Positions 36,715 through 51,544 of a DNA stretch of 64,000 bases are shown piece by piece. Numbering within the stretch: position 1 is the first letter of the stretch; every line of letters begins with the position of its first letter. The notes below the pieces were generated by a model. That model had not been told where the DNA came from. It made no database searches and saw nothing but the letters and a program-made list of their open reading frames with translations. The stretch covers positions 42,844,001 through 42,908,000 of the forward strand of contig NC_045696.1 of assembly GCF_009834535.1 (NCBI RefSeq), written 5' to 3'. The DNA comes from Camelus ferus. Its lineage: Eukaryota. The position numbers and the translations under genes were made by a program.

Positions 36715-37330
36715 TAAAAGACTGTTTTTAGAACAGTTTCAGGTTTACAACAAAACTGAGAGAAAGGTAGAGATTTTCTGACTTCCTACCCCAATACATC
36801 CATCAGTTTGTAATGGTCTTTCTCATTACAAACATCAGTCACCAGAATGTTTTCTTTTTCACCAAGGATGAACTTAAACTGACACATCATAATCACCCAA
36901 AGTCCATACTTTACCTTAGGGTTCACTCTTGTTGTTGTACATTTTATGGGTTTGGACAAATACAAAATGAATTGTGTCCATCATGGTAGTATCAGAGTAT
37001 TTTCACTGCCCTCAAATTCTGTGTTCCACCTATTCATCTTCCACAGTCCCCGCCCTGCTAACCACTGATCTTCTATATCTATAGTTTTGCAATTTCCAGA
37101 ATATTTTATAGTTGGAATCATACAGTTTATAGTCTTTTTAGTTTTGTTTCTTTTACTTAGTAAGCATTTAAGGTTCCTCTATGTATATTCATGGTTTGAT
37201 CACTCATTTTTTAGAGTTGAATAACATTCCATTGTCTGGATTTACTACATTTTTTAGTCCATTCACTTAATGAAGGGCATCTTGGCTGTTTCCATGTTTG
37301 GACCATTCTAGTAGATGTATAGTGGTCTGT
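36715..37330 (-). mobile_element. L1MC-type 3' end, antisense
   Basis: agactgtttttagaacagtttcaggtttacaacaaaactgag...gacacatcataatcacccaaagtccat..ttagggttcactcttg; same family as 2317-4379. Confidence 0.85.
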
Positions 37331-40109
37331 TATTGTCTAGATCATTTTGGTTATGACAGCTACTTTCTTGAGAGTCTATATTTGTTTAATAACTTTAGTG
37401 ACTGTAGGACAAGGTTTTTGGGTCTTTGTTTTCTCTTGGGTTTATTTTGGCAATTCATTGCAGATTTCTGATTTAAAAAATTACTTACTCTGGCTTCAAG
37501 CATGAAGTAATAAAATGTAACAGACATATAGAAAATTAGAAAGCCAAGTCTATGCTCAAAGTCATTACTCTTCTTCAGGCATTATGAACAGAACACAAAT
37601 ACACTGATCAGTTCCAAAGCCAAAAACAGTTTGACAAGTCTCTGTCTATTCAGTTCTCATGTTTAATATAATAATGAAGATATTAATTCCAGTTTGTTGA
37701 CTTTCATCTGAGTCTTCAACTAACTGTTGGGGACTGGGTTTTAATTGTGATTTGGTTCCATATTAAGCTTGCTACTAGGTCTAGATATTTTGCTTTTAGT
37801 AAATAAAATAGGAATGAACAAAATTTCCAAGGTGAATTAACATTCATGACCACAGAGATATTATAAACCATCAATACTTTTTAAAGTAAAATAGCTAAAT
37901 AATGGGTATGGACAAAAGGCATTTTCATAGTCCTTCTTGGAAGTGAGATTTTCACATGGCATTTGAGATTAGGACATCATGCATACATGATAATTCAAGA
38001 GGACAGTGCTAATGATTTGGAAAGAGTCTATTTCTGTTATTGCTTCATTAAAGGCATGGTGCGATTGCCCAAATACTGCTTCATCATTTTCTCAGTGTTT
38101 CTTCCTGAGAGTTGCTCTCAGTGTATAAATCGTTAGTCAGATCAGAGAATAGTTGCAGCTGCTGTGTGTATTTAAATACTGCCAAGGCAGTAGATTACCA
38201 AATTGGACAGAAACCTGGTTTTTGTACCTCTCTGTATAGAGACAATAGACCATTTTCCAAGTTACTATGTTTCAAATTGTCTACTCAACACCTGTGAACA
38301 ACATAAAAGGAAGGAATAGAAGACACAGATATGTTTACTAAGATAATGGAAGCTAGAATTTTGTGATCCTCTCACGTTTTGGAGAGCCTCCTAAAAAATT
38401 TTTCTGCTATTAAACATTATATAGTCATTTTTATAGGAGAATCAGATAATTGAACATTAACAAATTTTCCTTTTCTGCCTTCTTGCTACCATTATTTATC
38501 ATTATTTTGTTATTTCTCCTTTGGGAGAGAGGATTATCGAGTTACAGAGGTGGTGAGAATATCCTATATTTGCAGTTCTTTTAGTTTTAGCATTTTAAAA
38601 AATTTTAGAACTCTGACTTCCATGAAAAGAAGATCAGTATTTGGCATTGTTCAAAATTATTCCTAAAAGGCAAGTGCCTGCTTTTTAAACCTTTTGTAAC
38701 TGATTTGTTGTCCATTAATTTGCCTTTACTTCTATGACATTAGCATTGTTAATCTTTTGCCCTTTAGAATAATAATTCTAACTTTTGTCTTCATGTCACT
38801 AAAATAAACTTTAACATTATTATTTAAAACTCCAAAAAAGTTTACTTTTTTTCTTAAAATGAAATATATGTGAAAATAATGCTTTACTATTTACTTTACT
38901 ATTTTATTATTTGGATAACCAAATAATGTAGAAGATGCTCTTCTTACAGATTTTATAATCGTGGTTCAAAACTAACAAACATACTTCGAAACTAAAAATA
39001 CCCTCCAAAGATTTGATGTACCATTCTCCCTTGGGATTCAGTAGTATAGAAGGCATGAAAGCAATTAATTTTAAAAATTTGTTCATCAAAATAAGTATCA
39101 CATTGGTACTTTGTATTCATTCCAGTTCTTTCCCTGTTTGTTTGTTCTCCCTGGACAAAGTCTGGCTTCTTCCATTTTTTCAGTCCTTTATTTGTAAAGA
39201 ATTAGTTTTTTGGTTGGCTTAGGAATGTATTAATTAGCCATACTCAATTCTTGCCAGACTTTTGCCTGATTTGTAAGTCCTCATTTTTTCCCCTATAAAT
39301 GGAGATTAAATAGTCTTCTGTGAAGTTTAGTTATTTAGGTGAAGCATATTGATATTTAGCATTGCCACTTTGAAAATAAAAAGTATAAGCCATTTACTTA
39401 CTGTCACTTGGAAAATTTGTGACTGATGGAGGAGAGAACCTACATGGCTCATTCCTACAAATGTTTTCAGAGAACTAATTTTCCAAAATTCATTGGCAAA
39501 ATGGTAAATCAAATAATTACATAGCAATTAAAATTACTTTCAAAATTCATAGTTCTAAAAGAAATTACTTTGTCTTAGCTAGTCCTTATGTTTTGATAAC
39601 TCTTAGACAAAGCACACTTTGTTGTTAGAACAAACCCAAGAACCCTTAATAACTTTCAGTGTTTCCTTATCTTAACACCAAGCATGAAAGGGAAAATTGA
39701 AACAAAGAAGATGAATGAAAGGAAAAAAGATGACAGTGGAGAAGGAATATTTTTCTTATGTACAAAATGAAGGGATAATGGCATTTGACAAAGACTGCCC
39801 ATCTCATACTTTTGAGGAATTAATGAGGATGATACTCAAAGGCGTAGAAATTGTGATTGGCCCTGTAATGTTGTTGTCCATCTACACAGAAGAGTTAGGC
39901 TTTTAGTATATTAAAATACTTGTCATATCACTGTAGGATCATCATCATGCTTTGTTATTATAAAATTCAGCATGACAGAACTCTGTAATTTATGGGGTCA
40001 AAAATAGATGGTATGGTTTAAAAGGAGCACAAAGGAACAAGATTTACGCTCCATGTCTTGGCATAGTCCAATGGCTGTTCCTTTAACTGTGTCTTCTGTA
40101 GTAAAATAG

Positions 40110-40295
40110 ACAGCATGTACTGAGAGTTGACTGTGTCCTGTGCTAATCTGCTACATGCATTATTTTATGTAGTCTCAGAACAACTTGCAGATGAGAAAAG
40201 GAAGATCAGAGAGAAGAGACCTGCCCAAATTCATGGAGTTGTTAAGAACTGGGGGGCTAGGATTTTTGATTTAGGCAATCTGATGGCAGATCCTT
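40110..40295 (-). mobile_element. MIR, antisense
   Basis: ctacatgcattatttt..gcagatgagaaaa..gacctgcccaa. Confidence 0.55.
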
Positions 40296-43269
40296 CATTC
40301 TGTATTTGCAGGACTGTGGGCAGGCTTAGAACTCCCTATGTTTATCAGCTGTCTTATTTATCATCTCTTCCACTGTACTTTTCAAACAGCACCAGCAGCT
40401 TCCATCAGAGCATACTCTTCAATTAATACCATAGGCGTTTTACTATGCAAATATCTGATTAAGAGGGGACAGGTACATGTTTCCTTTTTTTAAGCTAATG
40501 TTTAGGGAAATAAAAAGTCATATCTAGATAAATTTCTTGGGAAAAATAGTCCAATGAATAATGTCGTATCTATTGCCTTTTTATATTCAACTTTGTCCAA
40601 CTGAAGCAAAGCCCCCTAAATACCACTATCATTGTTTCTTCCTTAATATTATCAGTATTATATTAAATATATATATACACTGATTATTTTCAATTGACTA
40701 AAATTTCAAAACTGGGAGTAATGGTGTACAATTTTATTCTCAGTATAATGAGAAATATAGTCACTCTTTTTAAGAAGACCAACAATAGGATACAAGGGCT
40801 ACAGGTTTACATCCATTTCCAGTAATGTGATTAATAGCTATCTGCTCCAACATACTGAACTAGGCTCCTCACGAGCAAAGGGCTATGCGTCTCTGGTGCC
40901 TTGCACAGGTTATGGTTGGGACAAGCTCTCAATAAATGTATATAAAATTAGTGAAACATACTCATGAAAAAATATATTTTTTTAGTTAGGAAAACATGGC
41001 TTGTGTAAAACATAGTACTCTGGGAAGAATTGTATAGCAAATAATATAGTTATTTTGTATTCAATTACACCTAGTTACAAGTTATAAATACTATTTTCAG
41101 TGTGTTTAATTTATGTGTCTTTTTTTTTTTTTAAAGTCTTGGAAGGTCTATTTTGTTTAGAATAGACTTTCCTAAGGGATCTGGATATAGGTGCAAATAG
41201 AATAAAGACATTTATATACATAAATATATGTGTTTGTGTGTATGTATGTCTCAAGGCAAAGGGAAAAAATGATTCTTATTACTCCTCAGTTTTCTTAACT
41301 ATGGTAGGACACCCAGAGCATGTTTTTTGAAATACCTCAGAATGTTCAAGCAGTTTATTAATTTTCCATGTAAACATATATTCATGGTCCAAAATAGCAC
41401 TCCCTTCTCAGCCCTCATTGTCCAGTTCACCTACTTTTCATTTTGTATGACTGCCAATTACAGCACCACGTATGAGGGATAGATCAAAAATTAGGGAAGT
41501 GCCCAAATTCTGGATTAAATATTTTCCCCTCTATTTTGATCTGAGTAATTCTACAACATGAATGCTGTCACTATAAGTCACTTTAGAATATGGCCCCGTT
41601 GCTGCTTTGGATATATTCATAATATGTACAAGTGGCTGTTTGTTTTATATTCACAACCAATGCTGTCTGCTCTGTTCCTACAAGATGAGTCATTGTTTTA
41701 ATACTCCTACAAAGACTTAAGCATGCATTCAGGCATGCCCAATCGATTAGAAATCTCCCTTAGGATACCACAGAGGTTTTATTTTTTCATTTCTAATTTT
41801 TAAAACAACATGTTCTTGATGAAACGTTCCAGATCAACAAATAGCCTTAAAGACTGATAGCCTCTCAAATCCCCCAAAACACAACCAGTAGAGGATGACT
41901 GATCCATGAAATCCCAACTCTGTTTTGGAGAATAATTTCTTCAGAAGCCATGGAAAGAAGCACTGTTTAAAAAAGTATATATTTAGCACCTTTTGAGACC
42001 ATGAGGTTTCTGGAGGGTATATACTCTATATACTCCTCTCCCTCCTTCCTTTTTTTTTTTTTTTAATGTATTCTTTTTTTTTTTCCAACAAATATATTGG
42101 ACACTTCACAAATTTTGGGCCCCATACCACATTCTGGGAATGTGAGCATGAATAGGACATAGTTTCCATCCTTCAGGGTAATATCTATTTAATAAGATGA
42201 ACAACTAAGAAAATCCTCTGTAGCGTATTACCTTCTCACTGACAGATCTTTACCTGTATAAAACAATAGCAAAACACGTACTCAAAAGGCTTTACCAAAT
42301 GTACGTCATATATTAAAATGATTAGATTCTAGCAGACTTACATCCTCAAAAGAAAGGCAACCTCTAACCGTAATTGAAAGCTAGATGTTTTAATAACACA
42401 TACTTAATAACATGTTCACTGAGGAGACCTCTACTTTTTAGAAAACAGCACTAAACCCTGAAGATTTCTCTTCGCTGAACGAAAAGCTATAGGAATGAGA
42501 GGTTGTGGGATATAAGAATAATAGACACAGCAGAGAACTGAATAGGGAAGCAAGTTAAGTAGCCTGCCCCCAGGATCTCTTCTATAGTTTAAGGTTGTGG
42601 AGATTAAAGTGATTCTTGGATATCACTTTTTGTTCTTAGTGTCCTCTTCCAGTCCTTGTTTGTACACCACTTATGAATTCTTACACCTCTTCCTGTTATG
42701 TATATATCACGACTAATGGATCATTCTAAAATGCTGGATATAAGTTGTTTTGCTTCTGTGGAGTTTTTCTTTAGGAGACAGGAATTATTTCTAAAAGTGG
42801 TCCTTGATTTTGCATAATTTACTACTTAGTCTTCCATTTGAATTTCTAAAAAGAAACTAGCATTAAGATTAGAATTAGTTTAGTTATATGCCAGGATTTG
42901 TAAGGTGGGATAGGGAATTCCTTTTAATGTTGTATTAATCTGTTGTTAGGAAATAGCTTTTAAAATTATTTCCCTGATTTATATAAACGTAAAATGTGAA
43001 ATAATCCATATTCATAACAAAACTCATATTAAACCACAAATAGAATTTTAGCATAGGTGTTTGTATCCTTATGTTTCTTACATACTTCATATCATCCCAT
43101 ATACATACAGCATCAATCTTTTTAAAATTAGTGTGAGGTTTTTCTGTATCTCATTAAAACATTGATATTTAATGGCTGCATTACATTACTTGATATGGTT
43201 CATTTCTCAGTTCTTGGGTTTATAAAGTTGAATCCATATTTCAAATTATTAAATCTTTTTTTATTATGT

Positions 43270-44850
43270 CAAACTTTCCATACACTCTCCTCCCCCCTTG
43301 CTGTCACCTGATTGTTGCCACAATTAAGGAAGCCCTTCCACCTGTGCTCCAGGTCCCATCCTAACTCATCTTTGAAGGTTGTTAATCTTGAAATTTCTCT
43401 TTTGCACCATCAGTTCCTCCCCATCTATTGTATTATCTTCATCAACATAAAACATTTTTTAGGTTCTTTCATCTATTAAAACACTCTTGGTTCTTCTGAA
43501 ATATAACCACATTTTTCCTCCCTTTTATAGCATAGCTTCTCGAATGAGTTGTCTGTCAGTAGCTCTGTGAACTTTCTTACCTGCGTTTTCTCCTTCATCC
43601 AGTTCAGGCAGACTTCTGCTCTGAACTAACCCACTGAATCTGCTCTTACCCGAACACTAGTGACCACTCTATTGCCAAATATTAAATGACCCCATCTCAT
43701 TTCTCAGATTACCTCAATACTAGGCTCATTCTGCCCAGTTGGACCAACCCCATTTTCTGAAAATAAGTATTCTTGGTGTCTTGTATATTATCCTCTATTG
43801 GATTTTCTCTCCTGATTGCCCCTCCTCCATCTCCCTTGCTAGCTGCTTTTCTAGTTCTGTTTTAGGACTCAAATTTGTTACCATTTCCTTCTCTATTTAT
43901 AACTGCTTCTAGAAAATCTTTTCCACTGCCATGCCTTAAAATACCTAAATGCTAATTAACACTTCAGCCTTGATCTCTCATCTGAACTCCAAACTCATAG
44001 CCAGCTGCTATTTTACTTCTCCACTTAACTTTCAGATGTTTAGAAGATATTTAACATAGCCTAAATTAGGCTGTCAGTCCTCAATAATGTTACCACCGTC
44101 TACCAGTTGATTAAACCAGAAAACATACCAGGTACCACTGACTCCTCTCTTAATCTCCAGGGCCAATCTGCCAGGAAATCTGGTTATTGGAATTCATCGT
44201 GTTTCCATTATGGGCAGTTCTTTTGTCCCTACAACCACCTTAGTCTGTCTACAATCCTTCTCGTTGGTTATCTAGTTTGCCCCTTGGCTGCTTATAATTC
44301 ATTTATAAGAATTATCCTTATAAAACACTAATTACATTTTTTCACTTATGTACTTAACCCCTATTGTTTCCTGTTTGCATTTACTACAGGATCCCAATTG
44401 AGTACTCTGAGCTTGGATCCCAAATTAACCAGCTCCTGCATAGCCCTCTGACTTGGTTGATACAACTCTCCTTGCATTTACCATTTCTGGCTTTACTGTC
44501 ACTTTTATTCTTGCTGTTACTTTAATATGCCAAGTTTTATGTTTGTTGCCTACATTTGACATCTCTCCTCCTTTTCTATTGCTGGCTCCTAATTTTTATT
44601 TATTTCTCAACCTAATGTCACTTCTCCACTAAGACTTTCCTTATATACCTAATACAAAGCATCTTCTCAGTCTCTCTATCACATTATCTGCCTTTATTTT
44701 CATCATGGAAATGATACTTCCTCATTTATTCATTTACTGTTATTTTATGTATGAGAATGTAGACAATGTATCAGCAAGGGTCTTACTGTGTTTTTCTCTG
44801 CCTTATCCTCATGGCTAGAAAATATGTGAAATTCAGTGCATGTAATGAGA
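43270..44850 (+). mobile_element. Long LINE-2 remnant (ORF2/RT region to 3' end)
   Basis: ccacctgtgctccaggtcccatcc; ccactgaatctgctcttacc..cactagtgacc..attgccaaat; tctgaactccaaactcata; aatgtcacttctccactaagactttcc; atgagaatgtag. Confidence 0.75.
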
Positions 44851-44963
44851 TCTCTTGTACAAATACACCTTTTGTCTGCATTTCTGATATTATATCCTTA
44901 GGTAGCTCTAAATAGAGTAATTGAATTCTGGTCAATTGTTTTCTAGGGAGTTGGTACCTGTAT

Positions 44964-45157
44964 TAGGGTTGCCAGATTTAACAAACAATAACAAAAAAAT
45001 ACAAGAATACCAGTTGAATTGTAGGTAAAAAATAAATAAGATTTTAGTACAAGTATATGTTCCATGACATTTGGGACATATTTACACAAAAAAATACTCG
45101 TTGTTTATCTGAAATTCAAATTTGTTTGGGCATCTTGTATATTATCTAGCAATGCTA
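44964..45157. mobile_element. MER53-like hAT MITE
   Basis: TIRs tagggttgccagat / atctagcaatgcta; internal ttgggacatatttacac..tcgttgtttatctgaaattcaaattt. Confidence 0.85.
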
Positions 45158-46714
45158 TCTAGCTTTCCTTTAAATGCACTTCTGATAAAAGTGAATAAAA
45201 ATGATGATGTTGTGGTCCCTTTTTTACCATTTAAAAAATATATATGTGACTTACGCATACACCAACTCACACATACCTCCCACAGGACTACTAAAAATAA
45301 CAGAAAAATTTAAAAATGTAAATATGTACTTAGATTATAATCTGTTTCACAATCTATAACTTTTATTTTACTGAAAACCTGCTTGAAGCCCTAGTCATTC
45401 TGTACAAGACAGAGATGCTCAACGCAAGTCTTTCTTATATCCAGGCATGAATCTTGATCAGATCATAAACTTGTTTTGATCCCAGTGGACTTTAGGAAAT
45501 GTTCTTCTCCCCAGATAAGCAATAACATGGAGGAAACCTGATTCTGACTGGGGTTTGGGGGTGTCATATGCACAGGGAAAGATGAGCAGAGGCCGGGCAT
45601 CCGTGGAATCTAGAGAATGTTATGAAAATTGGAGTCTGGGATGTATTGGGTCACTGAGTATGTTCAAAAAAGCAACCTCTGGGATGGCTGTTTCTGATCT
45701 AGACCTTTCTCGGTATTCATTTAATACTTTGCAAGTATTTTTGGTCATGCTAAAGAAATCGAACCCTGTAAGTAGACATGGGATCATTTTTCTTTGTGAA
45801 GAAAAACTAGCAAAGAAATAATCAAGCTTAATATCAACGTAAACTTTCCTTTTACTGTTGTGTTTTTGTGTTATGGTGAATTCATGTAGGAAAGATTCTG
45901 ATAGTAAGTGTGAGAATGTTACCAAAAGGTATTTTTGAGCTGTTTTTCTTCATTAATCCACAGTAAAGCTCTAACATGTCAGGAACTTGAAAAGGAAATA
46001 TAAAAACCTAGGCACCACATTAAATGAAATGCCAGCATTGAAAAGTCTGAACTAGAAAAGGATTCTCATTAGGGGGTCTCTGCATTTTAAAAGCCTTAAA
46101 ATTAAAATTGCTGCAAGTCATTTTCATAAATAGCTGAAATTTTTGGTTTATACTAGATTAGAGACTGAATTAGATGCTGAGAATATCCTGTCTATTATCG
46201 TCAACCAGAGAGCTTTCACTGTTTCATTCAGCTTTTCCATAAAATGTAATATTTTCTGAGTTCTTACCATTATTTGTTGGCAGTGCCTTTCTATCTGTGA
46301 CCTAAGCCAGCAGGGTTTGTCATTTTCCCGAGTAGCAGTGGGAAAGGAAGGAAAGTACAAAGGGGCTGTCCTGGAATATCTGACTTCACCTGTTTATAAC
46401 CATTACCCTTCTATTCAGAATTAGTGAATAAGTAATTACATTTCAATTCCCTGTTTATTAGATAATGGTAGCAATGGTTAATAGGCTTTGAGAGTTCAGT
46501 CTAGTGTGTATTAAGTGTGTATTTTTGACACTTAAACTACTATCTGAAAATGTTAAGCTTTCTTTTCCACTTACCTCCAATTAACACTGTTTAATAGTAA
46601 CAACTTTCCAGAAAATCCACCATGAATTTGTCAACAGTAGCTAATTACCTGTGTGTAGCAGCCTGTTTCTCTTTTTCCTTATGCCTTTATGCCCTTAGAT
46701 GTCACAGTGTTCAG

Positions 46715-46945
46715 ATTCAGGGTATCAAGGAAAGAGCAAGGTCTCTCTTCTCAGAAGATCTGGACTTGAACTCTGTTACTAACCACATATTGGTAAATAA
46801 CTAAAACACTGTTGAATCTCAATTTCTGTTTAGAACATGGAGACTCGATTATTTAATCAAGAAGAAAATGAGTATCCTAAGAAAAACACTTAGCATATTA
46901 CACATAGTACTTGATATGTGTAATAGGAATTCAAAAAACATTACT
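46715..46945 (+). mobile_element. MIR
   Basis: ggaaagagca...agaagatctggacttgaactctgttactaacc...tctcaatttc..taataggaattcaaaaaacatt. Confidence 0.55.
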
Positions 46946-46974
46946 TTCTCTGTGCCCAAGGAAAAGTCCTAGAG

Positions 46975-47220
46975 CCATTATACTTAGTGCATATTATATG
47001 CCAGACAGCATCTAATTGCTTTATATATATTATTGTCTTTAATCTTCACAATTTTTTATACAGTAGTTTCTACTATTTTTGTCATTCCCATTTTGTAGAG
47101 GAAGAAAATGAAATATGAAGGCTCAGAGATGTGAGACACTCTCAGGTGTGTCTTATTCTACATTGGCTCCCTTATCTACCTGGTTATGTAATCTGTTAGC
47201 ATACAATCACTTGGCTATAT
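46975..47220 (-). mobile_element. MIR, antisense
   Basis: tatgccagacagcatctaattgcttta..tttaatcttcacaa..cccattttgtagaggaag..aaggctcagagatgtgag. Confidence 0.7.
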
Positions 47221-48639
47221 ATTGCACTAAATCATACTCTTTAAGCTTCCATCAACTATATTTAAATTCAAGGATTCAATGTGTCTTAATTGCCTAAGTA
47301 CAATGCCCTATTAGGCACTGTGGAAAAATATACATCTGACTGGGAGTCTCTGTCCTCAAGGATCTCAAGATTGGAAGCAAATTATATTAGTTCCAACCAC
47401 AAATCCATTGACTGAAGAATGAGGCTTACTGTATGATTACTAGAACAAAATGAAGAAAACCTTGTTGTATTCTCTTGGGCTACTAGAAATTAGACATTGT
47501 TAATAGAGATAAATTGCCAAGACATGCAACTGAGAACTTATACACATGCTAATGAAATCTGGTCATCAAGGCAATTTACTAAAGTTAAAGCAATTCAATT
47601 AGAAGAAACTGAATAATGGATATGAAATTGACTAAAAGAAGTAACTCTAAATTTATACACATAAAATTTATTTTCTTTCTGAAACTGCAGGAGGAAGTCA
47701 TAAAATGTAGACCTAAAATTATTGGCGTTTAGTCCCAATTATAATAAAAACTTGAAAACTAAAGCTAGTTTGATTCTGTCTCCAGGAAGTATTGGAATTT
47801 TTGAGATAAGAGATGTTCATTTAACACATGAATATCATATTCTCTGATTATAGGAGAAACTCCAGAGTGACAATTTAATAAAATGTAATTAGAAACTGAC
47901 AAACTAGTAAACTTTGTATAGCTCAAAACAAAGCTCATACAGGACAAGAAACGGGAAATTAATGCAGTTGTGTGCTGTAATCTCTGTGCTGTTCAGGGCC
48001 TGAGTACCAGCATTGGTTTCAGTATTAAAATAATGGAGCCGTTAAGACAGAGTCATTTAAAATGTTAAGCATATACATTCACACTATGGAATAGAATTTT
48101 ATTCTTTCCTAAACTGTAATAACTAGATTGTCAAGGAGGCATTTGGATTATTCATTTATTTCAAACAGCAAGGTAGCTGCATTAGATTGAATGTGAAACT
48201 ATCATTTTGGTTGTTGATTGGCCAGAATATTATTTACTTGACTTTGTATGTGAGTACAGATAATGATTTATCAACATTCTTAACACAAACTTTGGTTGTA
48301 AATAAGAGAAAGAATATGGTGGGTTATTAAATTCTAGCTGTTCAAAGATATTTCTTTGACCTGTCCTTTCCTACCTGCTACAATATTCAAGTCTCCACTG
48401 AATACTATAAACAGTTTCTGGCTAAATAGAAACATAATTGAATTTTAACTAACCAGTGTCAGAATATTATCCACAATACTAGTGTTTTTGGTCTCAATAT
48501 TATTTCCCAGGATGCTTAGTACTACTTTCAGTTTTTCTGTAATTACTCAAAACATTTTGTAAGCTAATTTTTGGAAATTACCATTGCAATTGAAATCATG
48601 TTTATGTGAATATTCAAAATTACAGTAAATATACTGTAA

Positions 48640-48872
48640 TATATATTTTAAATAGATAAAAAGTTATAGAACAAATGTCTAGGAAAAAATTTATTCCTAC
48701 ATATGAATGTATGTGTGTGCTGTGGAAAAGATTTTGGATGGATAAACAATAGCTGGTTATCTCAGGAGGATGAAATTAGAAAATGAGAGAAAGGTGTTTA
48801 AATTTCATTTAGTATTTCTTGAAATTATTTTAATTGTAAAGATGTACAACTTAACATAATTAAGAAAATAAA
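48640..48872 (+). mobile_element. L1ME-type 3' tail remnant
   Basis: ggaaaagattttggatggataaac..tggttatctcaggag. Confidence 0.45.
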
Positions 48873-49009
48873 TTAATGAAGCTGTATTTAAAGAAATGTA
48901 TAGAAAAGGAAAATACAAAGAAATGCCTTTCTTCCCACAGGGGAACAAACACAGCATGACTCCTTAGGACCTTCTCAAAGTGAGGAGTAATATGATAAGA
49001 TTGATGAAT

Positions 49010-49230
49010 TTAAACAAAAAAATGACGGTCAACACTTACTTAGAATAACATATTCCAAATATTATATTAAGATACATTTTCTTTGATTCTCACCACAATT
49101 CAATCTTGAGAAGTTGAGATTTATAGAGTTAAATAACTTGCCCAATAAAACAGAGCTACCGAATGGTAAAGTCAGAATATTCACTTTTTAAATCCAGGAC
49201 CTGTGTTTCTAATTACTGCATTATACCATC
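49010..49230 (-). mobile_element. MIR, antisense
   Basis: tagagttaaataacttgcccaa..acagagcta..aatggtaaagtcagaat. Confidence 0.6.
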
Positions 49231-51061
49231 CTGTTATATTTCCACAAAACCCGTATATTTCTTCCTAAAGTTCTCTTTTTATTTGTACCAGGGAGTCAAG
49301 TGAAAAACAATAAAAAATTATTCTTTAATTGAGATATCTTGCTGTCCTGTTGAAGTTATGACACTACTTCATTAAGAGGTAATAGATTTTATTACCAGTT
49401 TTTTGGAATTTCCAGGATGATTTTGCAAGTTAAAACTTAAAAAAAACTTTCTCTTTGTCTTCACCACACTCTGTTACATGAATCAATAGCATAAAAAAAA
49501 AAATCTCTAATTTACCCTCATTTGTGAGTATCCATATACACATATGCAGTATACCCTGTCTCCCATTGAATCAAATTTATTTTTAAATATTTGCTTCTTT
49601 GTTTCAAATATAAATTTGACTCAATATGTAAAAGAGAAGGTGTCTCTTAAGAAATTTATCTATTTGAACAGACGATTTTCTGAGATTATTGCTTCTTTTG
49701 GTTTACAGTCTTTCAATTCACTTGAATTTCTAGGGGAAAAGAGCAGTCATTTGTAAATGTCCAGTTGCTCTCTGAATATTTAAGATGTATGAAACTTTGA
49801 TTTACTAAAACTGGAGAATAATCACAATCCAGAAACATTCATGTTTACCCCTTGAATATAGTCATTACTGAATATTTGTGACAATTGGTACACTCTAAAC
49901 ATTTGCAGAATAGGAAAACCATAGAAAATTGAACAGCATCATATGTATTTCCAATGTTTACTCCTAATAACAGATAGTCTTTTAATAAAAACGGACCCAC
50001 CTCCTTACTATGAATCCCTAATAATCAATTTTGTTCTGGATTTTATTAATGGGTTATAACTTTTAACTTACTGTGAGTTTGGAAATGTTATCAATAAACT
50101 TTTCTACGTCACAACATGTCTTACTAGGAACAGTTACTGAAGGCTGTGTTGTAAGGTACGTTAGCTCGGAAGTGGTGAATAGGTTACATAAAAGGGAGTA
50201 GTATGCTGAATGCACTGAAATAAGTCATTGGATTTTGTCATTTTAAACAAGTCATTTTACCATGCAGAACATCGCAAACCATTTTCTTTTCTGGAATGTA
50301 TTTTGCATTGATTCTCTTATTCTTTTTGATACTATTGTTTTATTATCTTTTCTAATGTTAATACGTAGCAACATTTGTTTACATTTCAGACAAAATTTGT
50401 GTTGAGTTGAAGTATTATGTATTTATACTGGAAAATTATTTTTCTATAGCTTTTTATAAGTTTAAATAACAGAAGAGGAACAACAACAGTTTCTCTTTGT
50501 TTTGTTTCTATCAACTATCCTTGACTGTTGAAGACAATTTTTGGACATAGTGGAAAATAGGTAGTAAGTATTAGGACTATGCTTTGTTAAGAAACCATCA
50601 AGGCCTCCTTCATTTGGCCAGAGTTTTTCAGTCCAGCACAAACACATTGGGGAATTACCTTGACTTGGTGATATTTGGGTATGAGTGACAGACTCAGAAT
50701 GGAGAAAGCAACTAAATACACACCGAAGAATGTTTATTCTAGAATTAGAGAGGCCAAAGCAACAACTAGCCATAATAGTTTTTATGCACAATTTTTCAGA
50801 GATACAAAATCTGCTGTAATTTTGGTTTCTTAGTTTTGAAGTCTTAAGGCTAACTTGCTTCTTGGGATTTTTGGAGTCTGAGTTCTGTTTAGAGGGATTC
50901 TAAATAAGATACAGTTCAAATATTTTTCCCTTTTAATTTTCACATTTCAATACTAGAATTAATGCATCTCAACGTGAGAGATAAATTATACTATAATGGT
51001 AGTTTAGAAATAATCCTCAGTGATTACTAACACTTTCTTAGTGGAACCTGCCTCAGGTGAC

Positions 51062-51437
51062 ATTATAGATTGAATTGTGTGCTCCTAAAATTCTAACATC
51101 CAGTATGACTGCGTGTGGCATTAGGGCCTTTAGCAAGGTAAGTAAAGTTAAATTGAGGTCATAGGGATGGGGCCCCAATCTAAGAGAACTGATGTCTTTA
51201 TAAGACAGGAGGAGACGTTTGGGATACAGGCACACAGATGAAAGGCCATGTGAGGACACAGCAGGAAGGTGACCATCTCCAAGCTAAGGAGAGGGTCTCT
51301 GGAAAAAGAAAAAAACAAACCTGCTGACCCCTTGGTCTTGTATCTTCTCACTGCCATAAGGGCTAGAAGTCCATTTCTATTGTTTAAGCCACCTACCCGG
51401 TGTTGCTTTATTACGGTAGCCCTAGCAAACTAATAAA
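51062..51437 (+). mobile_element. MLT1B-like MaLR solo LTR
   Basis: gattgaattgtgt..tgaggtcatagggatggggcccc..ggccatgtgaggacacagcaggaagg..ttgtttaagccacc..gtagccctagcaaactaata. Confidence 0.9.
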
Positions 51438-51544
51438 GATACTTCGAATTGAACTTTAACCAAGGGATTGGTGCTTCTTATATTTGAATTTCAAATCAAG
51501 TCTGCTACAAAGGAAATAATACATATTTAATAATGGAAATACAT